Part shown: positions 1-10,322 of the stretch, piece after piece
Layout of the letters: the number at the start of each line of letters is the position of its first letter
How positions within the stretch are numbered: the first letter of the stretch is position 1
Assembly (NCBI GenBank): GCA_016926735.1
Contig: JAFGOA010000187.1
Location: forward strand, 1 to 64,000
Direction: 5' to 3'
DNA length: 64,000 nt
Source: Promethearchaeota archaeon
GTDB taxonomy: Archaea > Asgardarchaeota > Lokiarchaeia > Sigyniarchaeales > SOKP01
Program-made: the position numbers and the translations under genes
The notes under the pieces: model-generated
Seen by the model: the letters and a program-made list of their open reading frames with translations, nothing else
Databases searched by the model: none
Told to the model about the DNA's origin: nothing

Positions 1-163
1 ATATTAAAATAAAATAGTCATTGAGATGATACAAGCGTTTAAATACAGTCCAGATTTGTCAAGAAATCCCTCAACTATGAATTTACACTTTATTTTTTTG
101 AATCAATTATATAAATTTTGCTGATAATTATACTATCTATAAAAAAAAGATTATTTAAGAAAC

Positions 164-1297
164 ATGAAAGAAGATCAAGAAAAAAAAAAATATATCAAAG
201 ATCTTATTCCTGATTCTAAATTTGGAAAGATAACATTAAATGAAATTTGGCAAATACCAAAATCAATACGAAAAACACTAGATATAGAGAAAGACAAAAT
301 TTTTTCAATAGCTCAAAAAATAATAGAACTTAATTGTGTTTCTTTTTATATATTAGGAAGTGGAACATCATATCATGCGGGATTAGTCTCAACATATTGG
401 TTTTCACAATTATGTAAAATGCCCGCTCATTGTGAATTAGCTCCTGAATTTTCATATTTAGTTGAGCCTATTATTGCTCCTAAGCATTGTGTTATTTGTA
501 TATCGCAATCCGGTGAATCTAAGCTCACGATTCAAGCTGCTAAAGTGTCAAAAGAACAAAATGCTTTTGTAATTGCTATAACCAATACTGAAAAGAGTCA
601 AATTACCCAATATGCAGATTATACAATATTAATGAAAGCAGGAATTGAAAAAAGTGTGTTAGCAACTAAAACATATATAACAGAATTAGTTGTTTTAACA
701 GCCTTAGCTTTAGATCTTGCATTTTTAAAAAAAAAAATAGGAAAAGACAATTATGAGAATCTATGGAATGAGTTGATTTCAATGCCAAAACTTATTGAAG
801 ACATATTACCTATTTATCAAAAGGATATCCAAAAAATTGCACCTTATTTTAAATTTGCTAAGCATTGTTTTGTTATCTCAGCAGGTCCTGATTATGCAAA
901 TTGTTTAGAAATTGCCCTAAAACTTAAGGAAGGAGCTAGAATTTTTGCCCAAGCATATAGTACAGCGGAATTCCCTCATGGTCCTATTACACTTGCTGAA
1001 AGTCATTCTGCTTTTGTATTAGTTATTATTCCTAGAAAAGAAGCTTTAAATCGGCATAAAGATGTGTTAAAACTTATATCTCGTTTGAAGGAACGTGGAA
1101 TTACAATTTTAGCTATTAAGGAATCAACTGATAATATTGAAGAAATAGATATTAACATTGATATGCCAAAATGTTCAGAATTTTTTCAACCAATTCTTTC
1201 AATAATTCCTGTTCAATTATTAGTTGTCGAAATTGCTATAATTCAAAATATAAATCCAGATAATCCTAAATATCTATCAAAAGTTGCTCAATTATAA
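164..1297 (+). CDS. SIS-domain protein (GlmS isomerase domain only; candidate glucosamine-6-phosphate deaminase/isomerase)
   Basis: GSGTSYHAG, ISQSGES, AGIEKSVLATKTY, EIALKLKE, EFPHGP and NPDNPKYLSK match the GlmS C-terminal SIS-SIS motifs; there is no N-terminal glutaminase (CGI) domain. Confidence 0.85.
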   Translation: MKEDQEKKKYIKDLIPDSKFGKITLNEIWQIPKSIRKTLDIEKDKIFSIAQKIIELNCVSFYILGSGTSYHAGLVSTYWFSQLCKMPAHCELAPEFSYLVEPIIAPKHCVICISQSGESKLTIQAAKVSKEQNAFVIAITNTEKSQITQYADYTILMKAGIEKSVLATKTYITELVVLTALALDLAFLKKKIGKDNYENLWNELISMPKLIEDILPIYQKDIQKIAPYFKFAKHCFVISAGPDYANCLEIALKLKEGARIFAQAYSTAEFPHGPITLAESHSAFVLVIIPRKEALNRHKDVLKLISRLKERGITILAIKESTDNIEEIDINIDMPKCSEFFQPILSIIPVQLLVVEIAIIQNINPDNPKYLSKVAQL

Positions 1298-1362
1298 ATA
1301 CTAAAAAAATTTTTTATATAAAAATGGGTTTAAAAAAGAAAAAGAAAGAGTAAATAAATTTA

Positions 1363-2673
1363 ATGAAATTAAAAATCGTAATAATAGGTGCGGGGAGTAG
1401 TTATACTCCAGAATTAATCGAAGGATTTATTAATAAAAAAAAATCTTTACCAATTGATGAGATTATCTTTGTAGATATTGAATCTGGTAAGGAGAAATTA
1501 AAAATTATTGAAGATCTAACTAGAAGGATGTTAGAAAAAGAAAATTATTCTATTAATCTCTCTTCTTCTTATAATTTAAGAGAATCATTACAAAATACAT
1601 CTTATATTATAAACCAGATCAGAGTAGGAGGACTAAATGCAAGGTCTTTAGATGAAAAAATTCCTATGAAGTACAATCTAATTGGTCAAGAAACAACTGG
1701 TGTGGGGGGGTTTGCAATGGCTCTTCGTTCGATCCCTATTATTTTAGAGATTGCAAAAGACATTGAGGATATTTGTCCAAATGCATGGTTAATTAATTTT
1801 TCAAATCCAACGGGGATAATTACTGAAACCCTTAATAATCACTCTAATGTTAGATGTCTTGGTTTATGTAATGTCCCAATTAATATGCAAATGGCTATTG
1901 CAAATAAATTAAAAATTAATTCTAATAAGCTATACTGTGAATTTATTGGATTAAATCACCTTAGCTGGATAAAGAATGTTTTTATTGATGGAATTAACAA
2001 AATTGATGAATTTTTGAACCAAAATATCTTTGAAGAAGGATTAATGAGTAATATTCCGGAAGTAAAAGGAAATAAGGAATTAATTCAATCTATAAGATTA
2101 ATTCCATCTCCTTATTTGGATTACTATTATTTTGAAAATGAAATGCTTCAGAAAGAATTAATATCATACCAAAATAATAAAACTACAAGAGCAGATGAGG
2201 TTAAAGAAATTGAAAAAAATTTATTTGAAATATATAAAGATAAGGAACTAAAAGAAAAACCAAAACAATTATCTAAACGTGGTGGCTCTTTATACTCAAA
2301 AGTAGCAATTTCAGTTATAGATAATATTCATAATAATTTAGGACGTATTCAAGTTCTAAATGTTCAAAATAATGGTGCTATATCTGATATAGCTAATAGA
2401 TCCGTGATTGAAACTAATTGTATTGTAAATAAGACAGGAGCCCACCCAATCGCAATGGGAAGATGTCCTAAATCAATATTATCATTAATTAGACGAGTTA
2501 AAACATATGAAGAATATACTATTAAAGCAGCAATTAGCGGTAATTATGAAGATGCATTTTTAGCATTATTAAATCATCCTTTAGTTCATGGAGCTAACAA
2601 TGCAAAAATGATATTAGATGAAATTTTATCTGCACATAAACAATATCTACCGCAATTTCGAAGAGGTGGATAA
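1363..2673 (+). CDS. 6-phospho-beta-glucosidase, glycoside hydrolase family 4 (LicH/ChbF-like)
   Basis: IIGAGSSYTPELIEG, GQETTGVGG, PNAWLINFSNP, GLCNVP, GLNHLSW and KRGGSLYS are GH4 signatures. Confidence 0.92.
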   Translation: MKLKIVIIGAGSSYTPELIEGFINKKKSLPIDEIIFVDIESGKEKLKIIEDLTRRMLEKENYSINLSSSYNLRESLQNTSYIINQIRVGGLNARSLDEKIPMKYNLIGQETTGVGGFAMALRSIPIILEIAKDIEDICPNAWLINFSNPTGIITETLNNHSNVRCLGLCNVPINMQMAIANKLKINSNKLYCEFIGLNHLSWIKNVFIDGINKIDEFLNQNIFEEGLMSNIPEVKGNKELIQSIRLIPSPYLDYYYFENEMLQKELISYQNNKTTRADEVKEIEKNLFEIYKDKELKEKPKQLSKRGGSLYSKVAISVIDNIHNNLGRIQVLNVQNNGAISDIANRSVIETNCIVNKTGAHPIAMGRCPKSILSLIRRVKTYEEYTIKAAISGNYEDAFLALLNHPLVHGANNAKMILDEILSAHKQYLPQFRRGG

Positions 2674-3656
2674 TGATTAAAAATTATGTTATGGGTATAG
2701 ATGGTGGTGCTTCGAAAACCCAATGTATTATTGGTAATAAAAAGGGAAATATATTAGCAAATTATGTTGGAAAAGGCTCTTCTCATCAGTTATATGGGAT
2801 CGTAAAGGTTCAACAAATATTGAAAAAGATTATTGAAAGAACATTAAGCATTGCTAATATTACTATGGAGCAACTTGATTTTATTTTGATCGGATTGACA
2901 GGTGTAGATACTCTATATGATTTAGACCTATTAAATTCAAAATTTCATAACATATTTCATCCAATTAAATATAAAATAATAAATGATGTTTGGATCGCTA
3001 TGAGAAGTGGCTTATCTAAATCTTGGGGGGCAGTATCTATATGTGGTACAGGATCAAATGCTGCCGCGCGCCATCCCAATGGAAAATCTTTTCAATTAAG
3101 ATCAATTAATTATGAATTGGGTAATTATGGCGGTGGAACAGATTTAACAATAGAAGCTTTACACTATGCTTTTCGTGCTGATGAGGGAACAGGTCAAAAA
3201 ACTTTATTAGTTGAGTATCTGCCTCCTTTATTTAATTTAAATAATATGGAAGAATTTTTTAATTTCATGTATCCAAAACCTCCAGATCGAAAAGATCTTA
3301 TCTCAAAAATACCTATTTTAATTTTTAATTTAGCTAATAAAGGAGATAGGGTTTGTCAAAAAATCTTAATTAAATTAGGAAATATTTTAGGGAAGATGGT
3401 AGCTGGGGCAATCAAAAATCTTAATATGGAAAAAATGAAGGTTCCAATAGTTATGGGAGGAAGTATTTATAAAGGGAACAATCCATTATTAATTGATGAA
3501 TTTACGAAAATTGTCCATAAAACCGCCCCGAATGCTTTTCTTATATTTCCAGAGTACCCTCCGGTTATAGGTGCTTATTTATATGCTTTAGATGCATTGA
3601 ATATTATTCAAACTAAAGAAATAAATAATAATATGAATAATTCTTTAGCGAAATAA
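2673..3656 (+). CDS. BadF/BadG/BcrA/BcrD-family sugar kinase (N-acetylglucosamine kinase-like)
   Basis: GIDGGASKT, INDVWIA, ICGTGSN, GNYGGG; start overlaps the GH4 stop. Confidence 0.85.
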   Translation: MIKNYVMGIDGGASKTQCIIGNKKGNILANYVGKGSSHQLYGIVKVQQILKKIIERTLSIANITMEQLDFILIGLTGVDTLYDLDLLNSKFHNIFHPIKYKIINDVWIAMRSGLSKSWGAVSICGTGSNAAARHPNGKSFQLRSINYELGNYGGGTDLTIEALHYAFRADEGTGQKTLLVEYLPPLFNLNNMEEFFNFMYPKPPDRKDLISKIPILIFNLANKGDRVCQKILIKLGNILGKMVAGAIKNLNMEKMKVPIVMGGSIYKGNNPLLIDEFTKIVHKTAPNAFLIFPEYPPVIGAYLYALDALNIIQTKEINNNMNNSLAK

Positions 3657-3680
3657 TATATCATGTTATTAAAATTAATT

Positions 3681-3744
3681 TATCAATTACAGCAAAATTC
3701 ATCACCTCTCTAAAAGAGGGTGTTTTCTTTTGCTGTAATTGATA
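3681..3744. repeat. Nested inverted repeat resembling a solo IS200/IS605-type end; may act as a terminator between convergent genes
   Basis: Perfect 17-bp IR TATCAATTACAGCAAAA (3681-3697) / TTTTGCTGTAATTGATA (3728-3744) encloses TTCATCACCTCTCTAAAAGAGGGTGTTTTC; a related core lies at 43731-43760. Confidence 0.7.
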
Positions 3745-3806
3745 GAAATAAGAATATTAGAATTTTTATAGATTTTTATTGGGGGATAAAACCAAATAGA
3801 ATGATA

Positions 3807-4964
3807 TTATTCATTTAATATTTCAAATATGATCTTTTGGTGCTTAAATTTTGAATTTAATAATTCTAATATTTTCTTAGAAAAATCTCTTAAATTTTCT
3901 GCATATTTTTTTCTCTCTTTTTTCTGTTCATTAAGATATTCATGTATCATTTTCCTTACTTTTTCGATATCATGACTCTCACAGAATTTCATCCAATGAA
4001 TTGAAATTTTGCAAATCAATCGTATTTCTTCATCGGAATATTCCTCTTTATCATATATCAATTCATGATATTTGTCAATAGAATTTTGTACTCTTTCCAA
4101 ATGATCTGCAATTGCTGACGAAAAACGACAAAGGCTTATAAAATTTGAAATAGTTCTTGTATTACGTGTATTAGCGGCTTCTTCAAACGCAGTCCAAGAA
4201 GAGGTCCACTCTTTTTTATGGATTGTATCCTCGCTCATATTAACCATAGCAACATTAATAATATCGCTTAAATCTACATTATGACCTCTTTTAATCTTTT
4301 TAGAAAAAATTTGTTTTAAACTTGAACCTTCTAAATAACTTCCTGCTCCAAAATCTAATAATTGATTCGTATCATTTGCCGCATATAATGTCTCTGTCTG
4401 ATCCTTATTGGTTTTTAAATTTGTCCATGATACCTTCTTTTCCCATTCTAAGGTTTTTTTATTCTTTATAAATCCATTTTCTAACAACGCTCTTCTTAAA
4501 ATATTTGTATGAAATGTCCAAAAATCAATATCGTCCGTAAATCTCTTTCTTCTCCAATCTCTGGTTGTATATTTTCCTAAATATAATTTTAATGTTCCTC
4601 TTACTAACGATTTTTTATTATTTTTTAACGCCTTTTTTGCTTCTTCATAACAAATATGATTTGGTTCTTTTGTATATTTTTCTATTGTTGCCAATATTTT
4701 TCTTGTTTCCTTTGCAACTATATCACATGGAATTTGCCCATCTGAAGGATAGCATCTTGCACCCCCATCTAAAAAATATCTAAACAATTTAATATCCGAT
4801 TTCGGAATTGTATACCATGGATTATCAAATAAAATTTTATTAAAGATAAAATGGATTCTTTCATTATCATCTTTTTCTATTTTTACAGGAGATACATCCC
4901 TTAAGTTATCTCCATTTTTTAAAGAGTCTGTTTTATTATCAAAAAATTCGTTTATATACCTCAA
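3807..4964 (-). CDS. Hypothetical protein with a nucleotidyltransferase-like motif
   Basis: 385-aa ORF; LVRGTLKLYL...RFTDDIDF resembles the GG-T-A...R-x-T-x-D-x-D signature of AbiEii/DUF1814-type nucleotidyltransferases. Confidence 0.55.
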   Translation of the reverse strand: MRYINEFFDNKTDSLKNGDNLRDVSPVKIEKDDNERIHFIFNKILFDNPWYTIPKSDIKLFRYFLDGGARCYPSDGQIPCDIVAKETRKILATIEKYTKEPNHICYEEAKKALKNNKKSLVRGTLKLYLGKYTTRDWRRKRFTDDIDFWTFHTNILRRALLENGFIKNKKTLEWEKKVSWTNLKTNKDQTETLYAANDTNQLLDFGAGSYLEGSSLKQIFSKKIKRGHNVDLSDIINVAMVNMSEDTIHKKEWTSSWTAFEEAANTRNTRTISNFISLCRFSSAIADHLERVQNSIDKYHELIYDKEEYSDEEIRLICKISIHWMKFCESHDIEKVRKMIHEYLNEQKKERKKYAENLRDFSKKILELLNSKFKHQKIIFEILNE

Positions 4965-5123
4965 AATTCTCTTCTTATATAATGCTCTATGTAATTTTAC
5001 GAAATTGCTTATTTAATATATAAATTAGAATTATCTAAAGATATATAAAGATAGGGTATATAAATAGATCATAAATATAGATTTATAGTTAAAAAATAAG
5101 TCAATTATTGAAGGTTTTTTATT

Positions 5124-5546
5124 TTGACTGTAGAAAATGAGTTAAAAATTGAACAAGATGGAGAAATCTTAACAAAAAAATTTGAATATCGAAAAATAAA
5201 ATATTTTATTTTAGTAAAGGAGATACCTTCTGGCAATCGATTTATTCTGTTACAATATTTAATAAGAGATGATTTTACATCTAAATGCATTGAACTTTTT
5301 TATACTCTTATGAATGAATTTGATATTGATACTAATATTGAAAAAGGATCATTTTTATGGATATATAGAACTCTCCCTGAAGAAACATATAATTCATTAG
5401 ATGATGTTATAAATTCTTTAGAAGCTATAGCAACAGAACAAATTGATTTCTTTTACTCTATAAAAAATAATATAGATATTCTTTTAAAGGAAAAATTAAA
5501 AAAGCTAAAAAATACTGTTCAAGAGTTTAAAAAAATTTTAAAATAA
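5124..5546 (+). CDS. Hypothetical protein
   Basis: 140-aa ORF with protein-like composition; no recognised motif. Confidence 0.6.
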   Translation: MTVENELKIEQDGEILTKKFEYRKIKYFILVKEIPSGNRFILLQYLIRDDFTSKCIELFYTLMNEFDIDTNIEKGSFLWIYRTLPEETYNSLDDVINSLEAIATEQIDFFYSIKNNIDILLKEKLKKLKNTVQEFKKILK

Positions 5547-5665
5547 GTATTTTAGACTAATAAATATTTAAAATATTATATTTAAACAATTAGACTTAAT
5601 TAGAAGAATTTTTAGCTTTTTATAAATAATATTTTAACAATAAATCATTGAAAATTTGAATAATA

Positions 5666-6346
5666 TTGAGTCGATTTTTTAATATTTTTACTTATACGCC
5701 ATGGGATAATCCTCAAATAAATGAATTATCAGAAGTGAGACTATTATCCATTATGGATATATATAATAAATATCCTGTTATAGAAGCTGAGTTTTTTGAT
5801 GATTTAAAATCAAATATCAAAAATTTTAGTCATTATGAGTCTATTAGTACAATAAAGAGGATTATTGGACCAAATTTAGAGGATTATTCAATTCAAGATT
5901 GGATTTTTATTTGGGTTATTGATCTTGAAAATAGATTTTATCAATTTTTAATTCAAAAAACAAATAAAGATAACGATCTTCAAGGAATTCTTGTTGCTTT
6001 AGCTCCTCCTGAATTGGTTCAATTATTTTCTAAATTTAAGAAAGAAGCCATTCTAAAGACATTCTCTCTAATAAATAATCCTAAAGAGATTAAATTTCTC
6101 AAATTATTGACTTCTCAAGGTAAATCTATTGCAGAAGATAATAAAAAATTCCAGATTAAAAATAAAGATCTTCAAAAAATAAATCTTGTTAATTATTTAA
6201 AAAATACTCCTAATGTTTCAGGGCAATGGTTTCCAAATTATTCTCCTAAATGCCCAATTTGTAATGGTATTTTAACAGAATTAAAAGAATATAAAGTAGG
6301 ATTTGGTAAGTTAGTTTGTCCTCAGTGTGGATATCACAATAAATAG
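5666..6346 (+). CDS. Hypothetical protein with C-terminal zinc ribbon
   Basis: CPIC...CPQCG at the C terminus. Confidence 0.65.
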   Translation: MSRFFNIFTYTPWDNPQINELSEVRLLSIMDIYNKYPVIEAEFFDDLKSNIKNFSHYESISTIKRIIGPNLEDYSIQDWIFIWVIDLENRFYQFLIQKTNKDNDLQGILVALAPPELVQLFSKFKKEAILKTFSLINNPKEIKFLKLLTSQGKSIAEDNKKFQIKNKDLQKINLVNYLKNTPNVSGQWFPNYSPKCPICNGILTELKEYKVGFGKLVCPQCGYHNK

Positions 6347-6443
6347 TATTTTTTTATTTTTTTCAATAATATAATAATGAAATTTATTAGTATTTCATGC
6401 ATAAATATAATTGATTAATTTATAGAGGTATACATTTCCATTT

Positions 6444-7985
6444 ATGTTTGTTATTACTCTTGATTTAAAAGATTTAGGCTGTCATGCTTATATTTTTGAT
6501 AATACTGGATCTATTATTTCTCATGATTTTCAAAAATGGGATAGTTATTCTCCTAGTCCTCTTTATATAGAGCAAGATCCAAATCAATGGTGGAACTCTA
6601 TAAAAATAGCAATAGAAAATACAATAAAGAAAAGTGGGATAGATACCACTCAAATTGTAAGTATATCATTTGCAAATGAGAGAGACATAATAGTACCTGT
6701 AGATAAAGCGGGAAATTCCTTATATAACGCGATTGTATCTGCAGATAGAAGAGCTTGTAAAGAAATTGATTATATAAATGAAAAAATAGGTATTGATCAG
6801 ATCTACAAAGTAACTGGATTAAATACAGAATTATGTTTTTCGCTAGCAAATATCCTATGGATAAAAAAGAATAAACCAAATATCTATAATGAAACTCACA
6901 AATTTTTACTTTTTTCCGATTTTATAATAAATAAATTAACAGGTAAGTTTATCACAGATTTTTCTAATGCAAGTAGAACTATGTTATTTAATATCAATAA
7001 TTTAAGATATTCAGATGAGATTGCTAATGATTTAGATTTAGATTTAGATAAAATGCCAGAACCTGTAGAAAGCGGACTTGATATTGGAGAAATTACTACA
7101 AATGAAACAACTCTTGATAAAAAAACATTAGTAATTACGGGAGCAGGAGATCAACAAGCAGCAGCTTTAGGTGTGGGAGTAATACACCCAGGAGATATAA
7201 AATTAACAACAGGAAAGAAAAGTTATCTTTTGGCCCATCTTGATGAACCTATATTTGATCCAAGAAAAAGAGTATTATGCAGTTGTCATGCAATTCCTGG
7301 AGCGTGGGTGCAAGAAGCAATAGTTCCTTCTACGGGATCCGTTTTAAGATGGTTTAGAAATGAGTTTGGAGCCTATAATATATATGAAATTAAAGATAAT
7401 TATGAGGAGCAAGAAGATCCTTATGATAAAATGACAGCATTAGCTGAAGAATCAACTATTGGAGCTGATGGGTTGTTATTAATACCCCATTTTGAAGGAT
7501 CAATCGGTCCCTATAGAAATCCTCATTCAAAGGGTGTGATATTTGGTTTTAATCTAAATCATACAATTAAGGATGTTTATAGGGCTATCCTTGAAGGTGT
7601 TGCTTTTGAAATTAGAAAAAATATTGAAATTTTTAAAAAAATTGGAATAATTCCAAAAGGACTTAAATTATCTGGGGGTGCTTCTAGATCTAATCTATGG
7701 AATCAAATAACTGCTGATATAATAAATATTACATGTTCACGAAATATAATTGAAGAAGCTTCACCGTTGGGTGCAGCAATTTTAGGGTTTTCAGGAGCAG
7801 GTGTTTTTAAAGATATTACTGAATCTGCTCAGTCTTTAAATAAAATTGATAAAAAGTATATCCCTGATGAAAAAAAAAATAACTTCTATAATCAACTTTA
7901 TGAATTTTCATTAGATCTTTATAATTCTATTAATGAAAATAATCTATATCAAAAATTTGATGAAATAAAAACCATTAATGAATAA
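6444..7985 (+). CDS. FGGY-family carbohydrate kinase (xylulokinase-like) with degenerate motifs
   Basis: EQDPNQWW, TDFSNASRT, GAGDQQAAALGVG, RAILEGVAF, GGASRSNLWNQI. Confidence 0.88.
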   Translation: MFVITLDLKDLGCHAYIFDNTGSIISHDFQKWDSYSPSPLYIEQDPNQWWNSIKIAIENTIKKSGIDTTQIVSISFANERDIIVPVDKAGNSLYNAIVSADRRACKEIDYINEKIGIDQIYKVTGLNTELCFSLANILWIKKNKPNIYNETHKFLLFSDFIINKLTGKFITDFSNASRTMLFNINNLRYSDEIANDLDLDLDKMPEPVESGLDIGEITTNETTLDKKTLVITGAGDQQAAALGVGVIHPGDIKLTTGKKSYLLAHLDEPIFDPRKRVLCSCHAIPGAWVQEAIVPSTGSVLRWFRNEFGAYNIYEIKDNYEEQEDPYDKMTALAEESTIGADGLLLIPHFEGSIGPYRNPHSKGVIFGFNLNHTIKDVYRAILEGVAFEIRKNIEIFKKIGIIPKGLKLSGGASRSNLWNQITADIINITCSRNIIEEASPLGAAILGFSGAGVFKDITESAQSLNKIDKKYIPDEKKNNFYNQLYEFSLDLYNSINENNLYQKFDEIKTINE

Positions 7986-8080
7986 AATATAGAGTTATTA
8001 AATTATTATTTGATAAGATTAAGATTAAATATTTAAAAATTATATTAATATTAAAATTTAAATTATATTGTGAAGAAAGA

Positions 8081-8668
8081 ATGAATGAACAATATTCTAA
8101 TTATTCAAAAACACAAGTAAATGCTGCTAAGGGTTTTTATATTGCAATAGTGATTTCATTGATTATTATTATTGCAGGAACTGTATGGTGGGTTGCTGAT
8201 TTAATAAATCCTTCGGGAAAACTTTCAACGTTCATAGACTTAAATATATTCTACCAAATTGTAATCGTAGCTGGTTTTTTAGCAGGGTTTTTCTTTTTAC
8301 TTGTTATTTTTATAGGGATATCGAAAAGAGGTACAAAATCCTTATTACATGTCTTTTTCAATAAAATTGAAATAGAAGAACAATTAAAAAATAAGATCCA
8401 CATAAAATTAGCTGCTGGAGGATTCTTAATCTGCGTTATCGCTATTTTTGTAAGTATTATTTTGGCAGTGATATACGATATTGTTGATGGAGCTGGAGCA
8501 ACTTCAACATCTATAATTGAATACTTAAGCAACATTTCTGTTGGACTTTTAATTTTAAGTAGCGGTATTGGATTATTGATATGTATCGCAATTTGCCTTT
8601 TTATCATATACTTTTTAAAAAACGGATATTATCTTATTCTCAAGATTTTTGGAGGATTAAATAAATAA
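8081..8668 (+). CDS. Four-transmembrane membrane protein, hypothetical
   Basis: Four long hydrophobic segments arranged as a 2+2 internal repeat. Confidence 0.7.
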   Translation: MNEQYSNYSKTQVNAAKGFYIAIVISLIIIIAGTVWWVADLINPSGKLSTFIDLNIFYQIVIVAGFLAGFFFLLVIFIGISKRGTKSLLHVFFNKIEIEEQLKNKIHIKLAAGGFLICVIAIFVSIILAVIYDIVDGAGATSTSIIEYLSNISVGLLILSSGIGLLICIAICLFIIYFLKNGYYLILKIFGGLNK

Positions 8669-8804
8669 CTAATCTAATTTCTTCTTTTCTTTTATTAAAA
8701 TTTCTTTAAATTAGAAAATCATAACAGTTCCTTTATTTTTATTAAAGATCATTTTCATATAATATTAAGTTAAAAAGCTCATCATCTTTAATAAGAAGAA
8801 GGAT

Positions 8805-10322
8805 ATGGATATTCAAATTGGCACAATTTTTAATTATAATCAATTACCAGATGTGTCTTATTTTCCCTTTATTATTAATAAAAATAAAAAGACTATTGGT
8901 GTAAAAAAAGGTTTATTCGTTTGTACTGAATCTAAAGAAGGATTTTTAATAGGTATAATTGAAAAAATAATTCTTTTAAATGAATATTATTCAGATGCAT
9001 TAACCATTAAGACTTATAATGATGATAAAAATACAGATGTCCTAAAAGGATTATTTCCCAGTGAAGATTTTGAATTTGCATTAGCAATTGTTAAATGTTT
9101 AGGGATAATTGAATTTAATGATTCCACAAACAAAATAAGAAAAATTCATAGAATGACATATCCTGCTAATCCTGGAGGAAGTGTCTATTTTGTTGATGAC
9201 AATATTATAAATGAATTTATTGGTATTGATATTAAAAATGGATTAAATTTAGGTGTTATTAAAGGATCTCATCTAAAAGCAATGGTTAATATTGATCGAT
9301 TATTAAATAAACATTTCGCAATTCTTTCAATATCTGGAGGTGGAAAAAGTTATCTTACTTCTATTTTAATAGAAGAATTATTATCAAAAAAGGATATGGT
9401 TCCATGTACAATATTAATTGATGTTCATGGAGAATATTCTTATTTAAAAAAAATTAAAGATTTTACAAATTATATTGATATTCAAAATATAAGTTACTTT
9501 CAAATTGCTACTTCAAAAATATCTTCTTGGGCTTTTAAAAAATATCAACAACAAATTTCTCATGCTCAAGTAAGAGAATTATCAAAATATATCCAAAAAT
9601 TAAATAAAAATGAGGATAAAAAAGGTAAATTTTCTTTATCAGATATTATTGAGCTTATTGAATCAGATACAGAAGGAAGTAAAAATACAAAACAAGCTCT
9701 AATTGGATGGCTCTCTGAGTTAGAACACTTACATCTTTTTGGTCATATAGAAAATCCTAATTTAAAGAATTTAATAAAAAAAGGGAAATTGATTATATTT
9801 TCACTAGAGAATGAGACAAGTTTAAGAAAGAAGCAAATAATCATCGATTATTTATTTAATCGTTTATTTTCTCTTCGTAGAACAAATAAAATCCCTCCAA
9901 TATTGTTAATTGTTGAAGAAGCTCATCAATTATGCCCTGAAGCTTCTCAATCATCTGCAATTTCAAAAAGAATTATTGAAACAATAGCAAGAGAGGGGAG
10001 AAAATTTATGACCTGTCTTTGTTTAATAAGTCAACGACCAAAAAAATTAAGTACAACAGCCCTATCACAAATGAATTCAAAAATGGTTTTAAATATTAAA
10101 AATCCTTATGATTTAAAACATTTAATGGATAGTTCAGAAGCAATTACAAAAGAAAATGCTAATATGATTTCCAGTTTAGGAGTAGGTGAAATGGTTTTAA
10201 TGGGTAATGCTGTAAATTATCCAATCTTTATTGATGTTAGAGAAAGAAACTTCAAATCAAATAATGAAAATTTATCACTTACAAATATATGTTTAAATTG
10301 GCAAGATAAAGATTTAAGTTGA
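8805..10322 (+). CDS. HerA/FtsK-like ATPase (DUF87) with N-terminal HAS-barrel-like region
   Basis: KHFAILSISGGGKSY, IDVHGEY, IVEEAH, IAREGRKF, SQRP. Confidence 0.88.
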   Translation: MDIQIGTIFNYNQLPDVSYFPFIINKNKKTIGVKKGLFVCTESKEGFLIGIIEKIILLNEYYSDALTIKTYNDDKNTDVLKGLFPSEDFEFALAIVKCLGIIEFNDSTNKIRKIHRMTYPANPGGSVYFVDDNIINEFIGIDIKNGLNLGVIKGSHLKAMVNIDRLLNKHFAILSISGGGKSYLTSILIEELLSKKDMVPCTILIDVHGEYSYLKKIKDFTNYIDIQNISYFQIATSKISSWAFKKYQQQISHAQVRELSKYIQKLNKNEDKKGKFSLSDIIELIESDTEGSKNTKQALIGWLSELEHLHLFGHIENPNLKNLIKKGKLIIFSLENETSLRKKQIIIDYLFNRLFSLRRTNKIPPILLIVEEAHQLCPEASQSSAISKRIIETIAREGRKFMTCLCLISQRPKKLSTTALSQMNSKMVLNIKNPYDLKHLMDSSEAITKENANMISSLGVGEMVLMGNAVNYPIFIDVRERNFKSNNENLSLTNICLNWQDKDLS

